From positions 1 to 61,130 of the forward strand of contig CAMIVO010000003.1 in assembly GCA_946401865.1 (NCBI GenBank): a stretch of 61,130 nt of DNA. Reading direction: 5' to 3'. Every line of letters begins with the position of its first letter. The first letter of the stretch is position 1. Below the pieces are notes generated by a model. The model saw only the letters and a program-made list of their open reading frames with translations, was not told where the DNA came from and did no database searches. The position numbers and the translations under genes were made by a program. Source of the DNA: an uncultured Clostridia bacterium (lineage in GTDB: Bacteria; Bacillota; Clostridia; TANB77; CAG-508). This document shows, piece by piece, positions 1 through 8,618 of the stretch.

Positions 1-53
1 ATAAATATATAAACTTGGCGCGGGCTTTTAGCAATTTGACCGTGAATTGTAAC
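1..53. repeat. Partial copy (right arm) of a ~165-bp palindromic MITE-like element, truncated by the window edge
   Basis: 50/53 nt identical to 16128..16180. Ends in the same 12-nt terminal repeat gtgaattgtaac (42..53). Confidence 0.6.
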
Positions 54-75
54 ATGTAAATTTAAAGGATGAAAA

Positions 76-975
76 ATGTTAAATGAGGTTATTGAATATT
101 TCCCGCTGAGCATAAAGTCAGTTATAAATTCTTTTTTAGAAAAAAACAAGAATCTAGAAAATAAGATAGAAGAAATTAGGATAAAAAGTAATGGAAATTT
201 ATCTTTTAAAATTGGACAAGATTTAATAACAATATTTTCAAATGTAACTAAAGGAGAAATGCAAGAAATATTTGAAAATATTTGTGAAAAGTCAATTTAT
301 TCATATACAAAACAAATTGCAGAAGGTTTTATTACAATAAAAGGTGGAAATAGAGTTGGAATTACAGGAAGTGCAGTAATAGAAAATGGTAGAGTTATAA
401 ATTTAAATTATATTTCAAGTTTGAATTTTAGAATAGCGAGGCAAATTAAAGATGTTTCAAATGTAATTTTAAAATATGTAATAAATATACAAAATAATTC
501 TATTTTTAATACGATAATAGCATCACCTCCAGGTGGTGGAAAAACAACGATTTTACGAGACTTAGTAAGGAAAATTTCAAATGGGATGCCAGAGATAAAT
601 TTTTCCTCAAAAATATGTGGAATTGTGGATGAAAGAGGAGAAATTGCAGCAATGTATAAAGGTGTTCCTCAAAATGATATAGGTGAAAACTCAGATGTTA
701 TAAACAATGTTTCTAAATCAATTGGAATTAATATGCTAATAAGGTCAATGGGACCACAAATTATTGTATGTGATGAAATAGGTACTAAAGATGATATAGA
801 AGCAATAGAAAAAGCTACATTAAGTGGTGTTAAAGGTATTTTTACAGTACATGCTTCTACTATAAAAGAAATTAAAGAAAACCCAAATTTAAGTAAATTG
901 ATACAAAATAATTTAATTCAAAAAATTATAGTTTTAGATTCAATTAATAAAGGACAAGTTTTAGAAGTAGAATAA
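76..975 (+). CDS. spoIIIAA: Stage III sporulation protein AA (AAA+ ATPase)
   Basis: 299-aa ORF with Walker A SPPGGGKTT and Walker B IIVCDEIG. First gene of a colinear spoIIIA operon. Confidence 0.9.
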   Translation: MLNEVIEYFPLSIKSVINSFLEKNKNLENKIEEIRIKSNGNLSFKIGQDLITIFSNVTKGEMQEIFENICEKSIYSYTKQIAEGFITIKGGNRVGITGSAVIENGRVINLNYISSLNFRIARQIKDVSNVILKYVINIQNNSIFNTIIASPPGGGKTTILRDLVRKISNGMPEINFSSKICGIVDERGEIAAMYKGVPQNDIGENSDVINNVSKSIGINMLIRSMGPQIIVCDEIGTKDDIEAIEKATLSGVKGIFTVHASTIKEIKENPNLSKLIQNNLIQKIIVLDSINKGQVLEVE

Positions 976-1066
976 TACTGAACTGTAACATAATTAGTTC
1001 TAAAAGTATTAGAGCTTGCATATATTATATACTGAGATACTTAAAAGAGAGAGGATGTAAGTATTT

Positions 1067-1585
1067 ATGGAGATGATTAAATACACAGTTTTAGTAGCTA
1101 TTATTGCATGTAGTACAAGTATAGGTTTTTTATTATCCAAAAGATATGTGGACAGGCTAAATGAATTAACAGACTTTGATGTTTTGATAAATATTTTGCA
1201 AAATAAAATAAAGTTTACACAATTACCGTTAAAAGAAGTTTTTGAAGATATAGGAAAAATTAGTTTAAAAACAAATGTAAAAAATATCTTTTTAAGAAGT
1301 AGTTCAAATATTGAAAATTATAACTTAGAAGAGTCTTGGCAAAAGGCTATTAAAGAAGAACAAGTTCTTTTAAATTTGAAAAATGAGGATATAGAAACAA
1401 TAAGTTCATTAGGAAGTATACTTGGAAAATCAGATATAGAAGGTCAAATAAGTGAAATTAATGAATTTAAAGAAAGATTAAATTTTCAAATTAAGCAGGC
1501 AGAAGAAGAAAAGAAAAAAAACTCAAAAATGTTTAAAAGTTTAGGGACAATTGCAGGTTTAGTAATAGTTATTATTTTATTTTAG
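1067..1585 (+). CDS. spoIIIAB: Stage III sporulation protein AB
   Basis: 172 aa with N- and C-terminal TM helices. Position and size match spoIIIAB. Confidence 0.8.
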   Translation: MEMIKYTVLVAIIACSTSIGFLLSKRYVDRLNELTDFDVLINILQNKIKFTQLPLKEVFEDIGKISLKTNVKNIFLRSSSNIENYNLEESWQKAIKEEQVLLNLKNEDIETISSLGSILGKSDIEGQISEINEFKERLNFQIKQAEEEKKKNSKMFKSLGTIAGLVIVIILF

Positions 1586-1696
1586 TTATATTGAAATTGG
1601 AGATATAACTTAACTAAAGGACATAATTAATGAAAAAGCTTTATAAATAGTCATATAAATGTTTTATAAGTAACACTTAGAAAGGAATGTATTAAA

Positions 1697-1891
1697 ATGA
1701 ATGTGGATTTACTTTTTAAGATTGCAGCTGTTGGAATATTAGTTGCGGTTTTGCATCAAGTACTGTGTAGAGCTGGAAGAGAAGAACAAGCAATGATGAC
1801 AACTTTAGCAGGGCTTGTTATTGTACTTACTTTGGTAATAAAGGAAATAAGTTCATTGTTTGATACAGTAAGGACTTTATTTAATTTATAA
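1697..1891 (+). CDS. spoIIIAC: Stage III sporulation protein AC
   Basis: 64-aa two-TM protein (FKIAAVGILVAVL...AGREEQA...LAGLVIVL), typical of SpoIIIAC. RBS aaagga upstream. Confidence 0.9.
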   Translation: MNVDLLFKIAAVGILVAVLHQVLCRAGREEQAMMTTLAGLVIVLTLVIKEISSLFDTVRTLFNL

Positions 1892-1971
1892 TTTTTCACA
1901 TTAGAATAATTAATCTTAATTACCAGAAAGGAGTCATATAATGTTATAAAATCATTATATGAAGATGAGGT

Positions 1972-2364
1972 ATGGAAGAAATTGTTAAAATAGTTGGAAT
2001 TGGAATAATAGCAGTAATCTTAATAATTATTATAAAACAATATAGACCAGAATTTGCTCTTTATATATCTTTAATTGCTGGAGCTCTTATTTTAATTTTT
2101 GCAATGGACAAGTTCGCAAATATTATAGAATTATTAAAAAAAATATGTAATGAATCAAGATTAAATAGTAAGTTTTTAGGAATATTACTTAAAATGACAG
2201 GAACTGCATTTCTAGCAGAATTTGCAATAAGTGTTTGTAAAGATGCTGGAGAAACAGCCTTAGCAAGTAAAGTTGAGCTTGGAAGCAAAGCACTAGTGAT
2301 ATCTATGTCAATTCCAATAATCTATAATTTATTAGAAGTCATAATAAATTTGTTACCCCAATAA
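1972..2364 (+). CDS. spoIIIAD: Stage III sporulation protein AD
   Basis: 130-aa polytopic membrane protein in the operon position of SpoIIIAD. Confidence 0.85.
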   Translation: MEEIVKIVGIGIIAVILIIIIKQYRPEFALYISLIAGALILIFAMDKFANIIELLKKICNESRLNSKFLGILLKMTGTAFLAEFAISVCKDAGETALASKVELGSKALVISMSIPIIYNLLEVIINLLPQ

Positions 2365-2419
2365 GATTGTCCCATTTTGCAGCCGGGATAGTCCCAAATG
2401 AAAAAAGGATTGTTCGCAA

Positions 2420-3572
2420 ATGAAAAAAATAGTGATTTTTTTAATTGTCTTTATTTTAATACCGAAATTTGTTTTTGCAGAAAATACGGTAGATACGGCT
2501 TCTATTATAGAAGAACAAAAAAATACATTTGGAATTAATGATTTTTTGAAAGAGTGTGAGAAATATGAACCTGATTATCTTAAAGATTTAGATATAAAAA
2601 ATGTATTTAATAGTTCAATTACTGGTAAAATTGATAATCAAAATATATTAAAAAAAATATTAAAACCCTTTGGAAGTGAAATTACAGAGGCTTTAAAGAT
2701 TTTTATAAATATTTTGGTTATTGTACTAATACATAGTTTACTTAAATCAGCGACAGATGGATTAGAAAACGGGAATGTTTCTCAAATTGTTTATTATGTT
2801 CAATATATTTTAATTGTGACAATAATTATGGCAAGTTTTTCTGGAATTTTAACAAGTATTAATGAAACAATTGACAATATGATAGGATTTGCAGGAAGTT
2901 TAGTTCCACTTTTAATATCACTTATGTTATATACAGGAAGTATTACAACAAGTGGTGTTTTAGAACCTATTTTATTATTTTTAATTGAATTTATTGCAAA
3001 TTTTATAAAAGCTATTATTATACCTGTTACATCATTAATTACTGTTCTAATTATAGTTTCAAAAATAAGTGACAGAATACAAATTAATAAACTATCAAAA
3101 TTTATGAAATCAAGTATAGTTTGGACACTAGGAATAATACTTACAGTATTTATTGGAGTTGTTTCTTTAGAAGGAAGTCTTACTTCATCTGTAGATGGAA
3201 TAACAGCTAAAACAGCAAAAGCAGCTGTTAGCTCACTTATACCTGTAGTACGGAAAAATTCTTGGAGATGGTGTAGATAGTGTTTTAGGTTGTGGTGTTA
3301 TTCTAAAAAATGCTGTAGGTATTGTAGGAGTAATAATTATTATTGGAATATGTTTATTACCAATAATTAAACTAGCATCATTTAGTATAATGTATTCTCT
3401 AGCTTCTGCAACAATAGAACCTTTAGCTGATGAAAAAATTGTAAAGCTTTTAGGAGAAATGAGTGATGTCTTTAAACTATTATTAGCAATTATATGTAGT
3501 GTAAGTGTTTTGCTCATTATAGGGATAACACTAGTTATAAAAATATCAAATAGTGGGATGATGTATAGATGA
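2420..3572 (+). CDS. spoIIIAE: Stage III sporulation protein AE; reading frame needs a +1 shift at in-frame CGG (C3251)
   Basis: ORF 2420..3280 has a signal peptide plus a polytopic membrane domain. It continues in the +1 frame from 3252 as GKILGDGVDSVLGCGVILKNAVGIVG... to the stop at 3572. The junction PVV-G-KILGD matches the conserved SpoIIIAE core. Confidence 0.85.
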
Positions 3573-4135
3573 TAAATTTTTTAAGTACTTGGATTGGGCA
3601 AATTGTTATTTCTGTAATTATTGTAACAATATTTGAAATGATATTGCCAAATGGAAATTTAAAAAAATATATAAAAGCAATTTTAGGAATTTATATAATA
3701 TATTGTATAATTACACCATTTGTAAATAAAGATAAGTTATTTGATTTGGATAAATTTAATTTAGAAAAATATACTACAAATAATCTTACCCAAAGCAATA
3801 TAAATCAAGAAAGTATGGATAAAAGACTTGAAAAACTGTATATAGAAGAATTAGAACGAAATATTGATGCAAAAATTAAAGAATACGGATATGAAATATA
3901 TAAATGTAAAATCGATGCAAATTTGAATAGTAATAAAGAAAATCCTGGAATACATAATATAAATTTAACCGTAAAGAAAGTAGATAAAAATATAGAAGTT
4001 GATAAGGTTGAAATTAGTAATACAAAAAGTAATCAAAAAGAAGAAAACAAAGATGAAATAATTGAAGAAATAAAACAACAAATTGCAGAATATTTAGAAA
4101 TTAGTAAAGATATTGTTAATATAAAACTAAAATAA
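3569..4135 (+). CDS. spoIIIAF: Stage III sporulation protein AF
   Basis: 188 aa with two N-terminal TM helices. ATGA overlap with the spoIIIAE stop. Confidence 0.8.
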   Translation: MINFLSTWIGQIVISVIIVTIFEMILPNGNLKKYIKAILGIYIIYCIITPFVNKDKLFDLDKFNLEKYTTNNLTQSNINQESMDKRLEKLYIEELERNIDAKIKEYGYEIYKCKIDANLNSNKENPGIHNINLTVKKVDKNIEVDKVEISNTKSNQKEENKDEIIEEIKQQIAEYLEISKDIVNIKLK

Positions 4136-4212
4136 AATTTGCCTATGGGAAAGTCTTAAATGAAAGTATTTTCAAATAGGGCTGTCCAAAATGAAAAAAG
4201 GAGTTGGTGATT

Positions 4213-4819
4213 ATGGGAGATTTTTTGAAAAAAATCACTGAAAAGAATTCACAAACAAATAATAAAAGAAAAATTGAAAATTTGTGCTTTTTTATAATAA
4301 TTTTAGTAATTACTTTGTTTTTAATGAAAAACATTTGGGGACGGAAATGATAAGAAACTAGATAACGAAGATGAGGAAGTTCAAAGAAATTCTAGTGAAA
4401 TTTTAGCAAATAATGATAAAACTATAGAGAAAATTGAATTAGAAGAAAAACTTGAAAAAATATTATCTACTATAAAAAATGTTGGAAAAGTTAATGCTTT
4501 TGTCAATTATTCAGAAAGTAGTAGTGTGGTACCTCTTTATGATGAAAGCACAACTACTAGTACAACAACAGAAGGAGATTCTGAAGGTGGAACAAGAAAT
4601 ACAGTTGAAACAGAAAGTCAAAAAGAAATCGTTTTTACAGAAAAATCTGGAATTAAAGATCCTATTATTCAAAAAACAATAATGCCAGTAATTGAAGGAG
4701 CTGTTATAACAGCTGAAGGAGCAGGAGATGCAGGTGTTAAAACCAACATTATAAGTGCAGTTCAAGCTGTTACAGGACTTAGTATTGATAGAATACAAGT
4801 ATTTGAATTAGGAAACTAG
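4213..4819 (+). CDS. spoIIIAG: Stage III sporulation protein AG; needs a +1 shift at in-frame CGG (C4342)
   Basis: ATG 4213 follows RBS aaaggag. N-terminal TM is CFFIIILVITLFLM. The zero frame reads TGG GGA CGG AAA TGA and stops. Skipping C4342 joins to the frame of ORF 4526..4819 (...VNAFVNYSESSSVVPLYDE...DRIQVFELGN), typical of the SpoIIIAG C-terminal domain. Confidence 0.8.
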
Positions 4820-4878
4820 TGGAATTTGGGACGGTTCTCTTTTCCAAAAAAAGATAAAACAAAGGAAGGTGAATAATT

Positions 4879-5535
4879 ATGAGTTTAAAAAAGAAAGAAA
4901 TCGCAATATATGCAATAGCATTAATGCTTGTTGCAGCAGGATATTTTAATTATTTAAAATTTGATAATGGCTCTGTTGAAACCTCTGCAAATACGGTAAA
5001 AAATGAAACAGATAGTAGTGTAATCAATGAAAGCAAGAATAATTATAATAAAATTGATGAAAAAGAAATAATTGTTTCAAATATGGAAGAAAATAAAGAA
5101 GAAAATGAAACAAATATTGGTGATGCAGTATTAGTAAATAGTAATGAGATAGAAGTAAATAATGATAATGTTAATAAAGAAAATAAAAGTGATTATTATG
5201 CCGAAACAAAATTAGAAAGAAATAAAATGTATGCTGAAATGATAAAAAATTATGAAAATCTAATAAATAATACAAATGTATCAGAAGTACAAAAATCAAT
5301 TGCAACAGAAGAAATAACAAAAATAAATAATAGCAAAAATGCAATAATGATATGTGAAAATCTGATTTTATCAAAAGAGTTTGAAGAATGTGTAATACTA
5401 ATTAATGAACAGAGTATTAATGTTATAGTACATATAGAGGGTGGATTAAATACTGAAAGAGTAAGTCAAATTCAAAACATAATTTCAAGAGAATTAGCAG
5501 TAGAAATTGAAAATATACATATAAGCGAAAAATAA
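4879..5535 (+). CDS. spoIIIAH: Stage III sporulation protein AH
   Basis: 218 aa with an N-terminal TM, an acidic/Asn-rich linker and a C-terminal YscJ/FliF-like domain (INVIVHIEGGL...). Last gene of the operon. Confidence 0.8.
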   Translation: MSLKKKEIAIYAIALMLVAAGYFNYLKFDNGSVETSANTVKNETDSSVINESKNNYNKIDEKEIIVSNMEENKEENETNIGDAVLVNSNEIEVNNDNVNKENKSDYYAETKLERNKMYAEMIKNYENLINNTNVSEVQKSIATEEITKINNSKNAIMICENLILSKEFEECVILINEQSINVIVHIEGGLNTERVSQIQNIISRELAVEIENIHISEK

Positions 5536-5567
5536 TTTTTCATTTGGGAGTGTCCTTTTTTACAAAT

Positions 5568-5760
5568 TTTTTTATGAAGGGACAGGCCTTTTTTTATTTA
5601 ATGTAAAGAACTAATCCTGTTTAACCGCAAATCATTTTTTTAATCCTATGGTTCCCCCTTTAGGGATACCCACCATACGGATTAAAAAAACGATATGCTG
5701 ACGCGGATTAGTTCTTATCAACATTATATTTACAAAAAGGCCTGTCCCTTCATGAAAAAA
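5568..5760. repeat. Long imperfect palindromic element (~190 bp) between spoIIIAH and the pilus locus
   Basis: Outer arms are ttttttatgaagggacaggccttttt (5568..5593) and aaaaaggcctgtcccttcatgaaaaaa (5734..5760). Nested inner arms are aagaactaatcc (5607..5618) and ggattagttctt (5705..5716). Confidence 0.7.
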
Positions 5761-5814
5761 TATTACAAAAATATTACAAAAATATTAAGTTTATGTTACA
5801 AAACAAAAAACTTG

Positions 5815-5843
5815 TTGAATTAAAAGATATTTTGAGTTAAAAT
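5815..5843 (+). promoter_or_regulatory. Putative sigma-A-type promoter for the pilus operon
   Basis: TTGAAT, 17-nt spacer, TAAAAT, preceded by an A-rich tract. About 50 nt upstream of ATG 5893. Confidence 0.35.
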
Positions 5844-5892
5844 AAAAAAAGAAATGTGAGTAATTTTTTTATTATAGAGGAGGAAATTAATT

Positions 5893-6999
5893 ATGGCATC
5901 AAATCCAATGCAAAGACAAGCAAGAAACTTTTTCTTATTAGGAATGGCTATAACAATAGTAATAGCAGGAGTTATAGTAGCTCTTTTATTTATGCAAATG
6001 AAAAACGTAAACGAAGAAAATCAGAGGTTGAAAGGATCAATGCAAAATGTATATGTATTAACTCAAAATGTTAATTCAGGAGATGTGTTAACAGCAGACA
6101 TGTTTCAACTAGCAAATGCTTCTATAACATCTATTCCTGGAGATTATGCTGAAGTATCAACTTTATTATCTGCATACTCATTGTATACAAAAGATGGAAC
6201 AAAAATAACAGCTGAGTATACAAGTGATAATGCTACAAATAAACCTGTTCAACATTTATATTTAAATGGAGATAAAAATTCAGAAGTGTTAAAAGATGAG
6301 GTAACAGGAAATTATTATATCCTAAGAAATAATAATAGAGAGTACATAGAAACTGCAACAGCACCAGTAATTGCAAAAATTGATGCTAAGGCAAATACAA
6401 TAATATCTCAATCTTTAATTGCAAGATCTAATGAAATATATACAGATGATGTAAGACAACAAGAATATAATGTTGTTGTTTTACCAATAGACTTACAAAC
6501 TGGTAATTATATAGATGTAAGATTACAATTACCTAATGGACAAGATTTTATAGTTGTATCTAAAAAACGTGTTACAATTCCAAATGTAGGTGGAGAGTTT
6601 TTAACAGATACTGTTCAAATGAACATGTCTGAGGATGAAATCTTATCTTTATCATGTGCAATTGTAGAAGCTTACAAAATAGAGGGTGCAAAATTATATG
6701 CAACAAAATATACAGAAGCAGGATTACAACAAGCGTCTAGTCCTACATATGTTGTAAATAATGAAGTTGCTAATCTTATGGATTCAGATCCAAATATAGT
6801 TAATAAAGCAAAAAGTGCTCTAAGTGCTAGATATAATAGTAATAATTTAAAGGCTATGAGAGAACAATATATAAATAATACATTAACTCAACAAGGAAAT
6901 GAAGAAGGATATAAAACAAAAGTTGATGAAAGTATTCAATCAACACAAGAATCTAGACAAAAATATTTACAATCATTATCTGGAACAGTAACACAATAG
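5893..6999 (+). CDS. CpaB/RcpC-like Flp pilus assembly protein (N-terminal TM plus SAF-like domain)
   Basis: Strong RBS agaggagg. TM is FFLLGMAITIVIAGVIVALLF, followed by VYVLTQNVNSGDVLTADMF, which resembles the SAF domain of CpaB. First gene of the Tad-like cluster. Confidence 0.6.
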   Translation: MASNPMQRQARNFFLLGMAITIVIAGVIVALLFMQMKNVNEENQRLKGSMQNVYVLTQNVNSGDVLTADMFQLANASITSIPGDYAEVSTLLSAYSLYTKDGTKITAEYTSDNATNKPVQHLYLNGDKNSEVLKDEVTGNYYILRNNNREYIETATAPVIAKIDAKANTIISQSLIARSNEIYTDDVRQQEYNVVVLPIDLQTGNYIDVRLQLPNGQDFIVVSKKRVTIPNVGGEFLTDTVQMNMSEDEILSLSCAIVEAYKIEGAKLYATKYTEAGLQQASSPTYVVNNEVANLMDSDPNIVNKAKSALSARYNSNNLKAMREQYINNTLTQQGNEEGYKTKVDESIQSTQESRQKYLQSLSGTVTQ

Positions 7000-7024
7000 A
7001 AAAAATAAAATGAAAGGATTTACT

Positions 7025-7738
7025 ATGAGAAAAATAGGATTTATAGGAGCTTTTGATAAATCTAATTTCATAATATATACTGCGAAATTATTGGAGCAAT
7101 TAAACTATAAAGTGCTTTTGGTAGATGCAACAAGCATGCAAAAAATGAAATATATAATTCCATCTATAAATCCTACTAAAGCGTATATAACAAATTTCGA
7201 AAATATGGATTTTGCTGTAGGTTTTGAATCTTGGGAAGAAATAGAAAAATACTTAGGAATAAAATTTGACAGTAATGACGAAGAAGATGAGGAAGAACAA
7301 AAAAATGAAATCTATGATTATGTTATAGTAGATATAGATGATGCAGAAAAACTAAAAAAATTTGATATTACTAATTTTGAAAAGAAATATTTTGTCACAT
7401 CATTTGACATGTATTCTTTAAGAAAAGGAATAAGTACTTTAGCAGGATTTTTTGATAATGCAAAGCTTACAAAGATTTTATTTTCCTATGAAGCTAATAG
7501 GGAGGATGAAGAATATTTAAATCTATTATCTATGGAATATAAAATATCTTGGAATGAATACACAATATATTTCCAAATATTAGGAGATGACAACAAAGTT
7601 TTTGAGGAAAACCAAAAATTAGAAAAAATCAGATACAAAAGATTAAGCCCAAATTATAAAGAATCATTGGCTTATGTAGTACAAGACATTGATCCAAAAA
7701 ATAATCTTGGAAACATAAAAAGACTAATGAAAGAGTAA
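7025..7738 (+). CDS. ParA/MinD-fold protein with degenerate Walker A (TadZ/CpaE-like)
   Basis: MRKIGFIGAFDKSNFIIYTAKLL..KVLLVDAT...YDYVIVDIDD shows the MinD-like strand/helix pattern but has no GKT/GKS. ATG 7025 has better RBS spacing than ATG 7010. Confidence 0.5.
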   Translation: MRKIGFIGAFDKSNFIIYTAKLLEQLNYKVLLVDATSMQKMKYIIPSINPTKAYITNFENMDFAVGFESWEEIEKYLGIKFDSNDEEDEEEQKNEIYDYVIVDIDDAEKLKKFDITNFEKKYFVTSFDMYSLRKGISTLAGFFDNAKLTKILFSYEANREDEEYLNLLSMEYKISWNEYTIYFQILGDDNKVFEENQKLEKIRYKRLSPNYKESLAYVVQDIDPKNNLGNIKRLMKE

Positions 7739-7749
7739 AGGAGGAAAAG

Positions 7750-8586
7750 ATGGCAATAGTAACTTTTTGGAACAGCACAGATGAGCAATGTGGAACAACT
7801 TCAGGAGCAATTGCATTTGCCACACAGGTTGCAATAGAACACAACATAAAAGTGTTACTTATTTCAACATCTTTTAACGAAAGACTAATAAAAGACAGCT
7901 TTTGGAAAGAAAAAAAGAAGTCAGCCTTTAGCTTTTTAGCAGGTAACAATTCAGCATTAGATAATAATGGAGTTGAAGGATTAGATAGAGTAATCAGAAG
8001 CAACAAGGTATCACCAGAAATTATAAAAGATTATACACAAGTTGTATTATCTGGAAGATTTGAAATTCTACTTGGATTAGAAGACAGCCGAGGACAATAT
8101 GATTTAATAAAAGAAAGGTATTCACAAATAATTAGTTTGGCTGGAAAATACTATGATTTAGTGGTAGTAGATTTAGATAATCAGGTTGGAAATCAAACTG
8201 TTGTTGATATTTTAAAAGGCTCAGATATAATAGTTTCAATGGTATCTCAAAGAGCTAAACAAATTGAAAAGCTACAAGAAATGATAAACAAAAGAGATTT
8301 ACTAAAAAAAGAAAATACAATTATAACATTAGGAAGATATATGGAAGGAACAAAATACAATGCAAAAAATATATCTAGAAATTTATTAAAAACTAGAGAC
8401 CTAGTTAACACAATTCCTTATAATAATTTATTTTTTGAAGCAACTCAAGAAGCAACAGTTATAGATTTATTTTTAAATCTTACAAAAATAAAAGATAAAG
8501 ATACAAATTATTTTTTTGTACAAGAAATTAAAAGGCTTTATGAAACTATACAGTTAAAACTAAGCATGAAACAAAATATGATATAG
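7750..8586 (+). CDS. Second ParA/MinD-fold protein with degenerate Walker A (TadZ/CpaE-like)
   Basis: IVTFWNSTDEQCGTTSGAIAFATQVA..KVLLISTS...YDLVVVDLDN. RBS aaggagg. Paralogous in architecture to the 7025 gene. Confidence 0.5.
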   Translation: MAIVTFWNSTDEQCGTTSGAIAFATQVAIEHNIKVLLISTSFNERLIKDSFWKEKKKSAFSFLAGNNSALDNNGVEGLDRVIRSNKVSPEIIKDYTQVVLSGRFEILLGLEDSRGQYDLIKERYSQIISLAGKYYDLVVVDLDNQVGNQTVVDILKGSDIIVSMVSQRAKQIEKLQEMINKRDLLKKENTIITLGRYMEGTKYNAKNISRNLLKTRDLVNTIPYNNLFFEATQEATVIDLFLNLTKIKDKDTNYFFVQEIKRLYETIQLKLSMKQNMI

Positions 8587-8618
8587 TTTATCTAGAGTTC
8601 TTTTAGGAGGAGAAGAAA

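Noticed and set aside
4143-4334. 63-aa minus-strand ORF and plus-strand ORF 4479..4682 in the spoIIIAF-AH gap
   Set aside because: This region is the 5' part of spoIIIAG on the plus strand (ATG 4213) once the CGG shift at 4342 is applied. The listed ORFs are antisense or off-frame.
5856-6074. 72-aa ORF overlapping the start of the CpaB-like gene
   Set aside because: It is out of frame with the 368-aa ORF that has the strong RBS (agaggagg) and the TM plus SAF-like architecture. No independent support exists.
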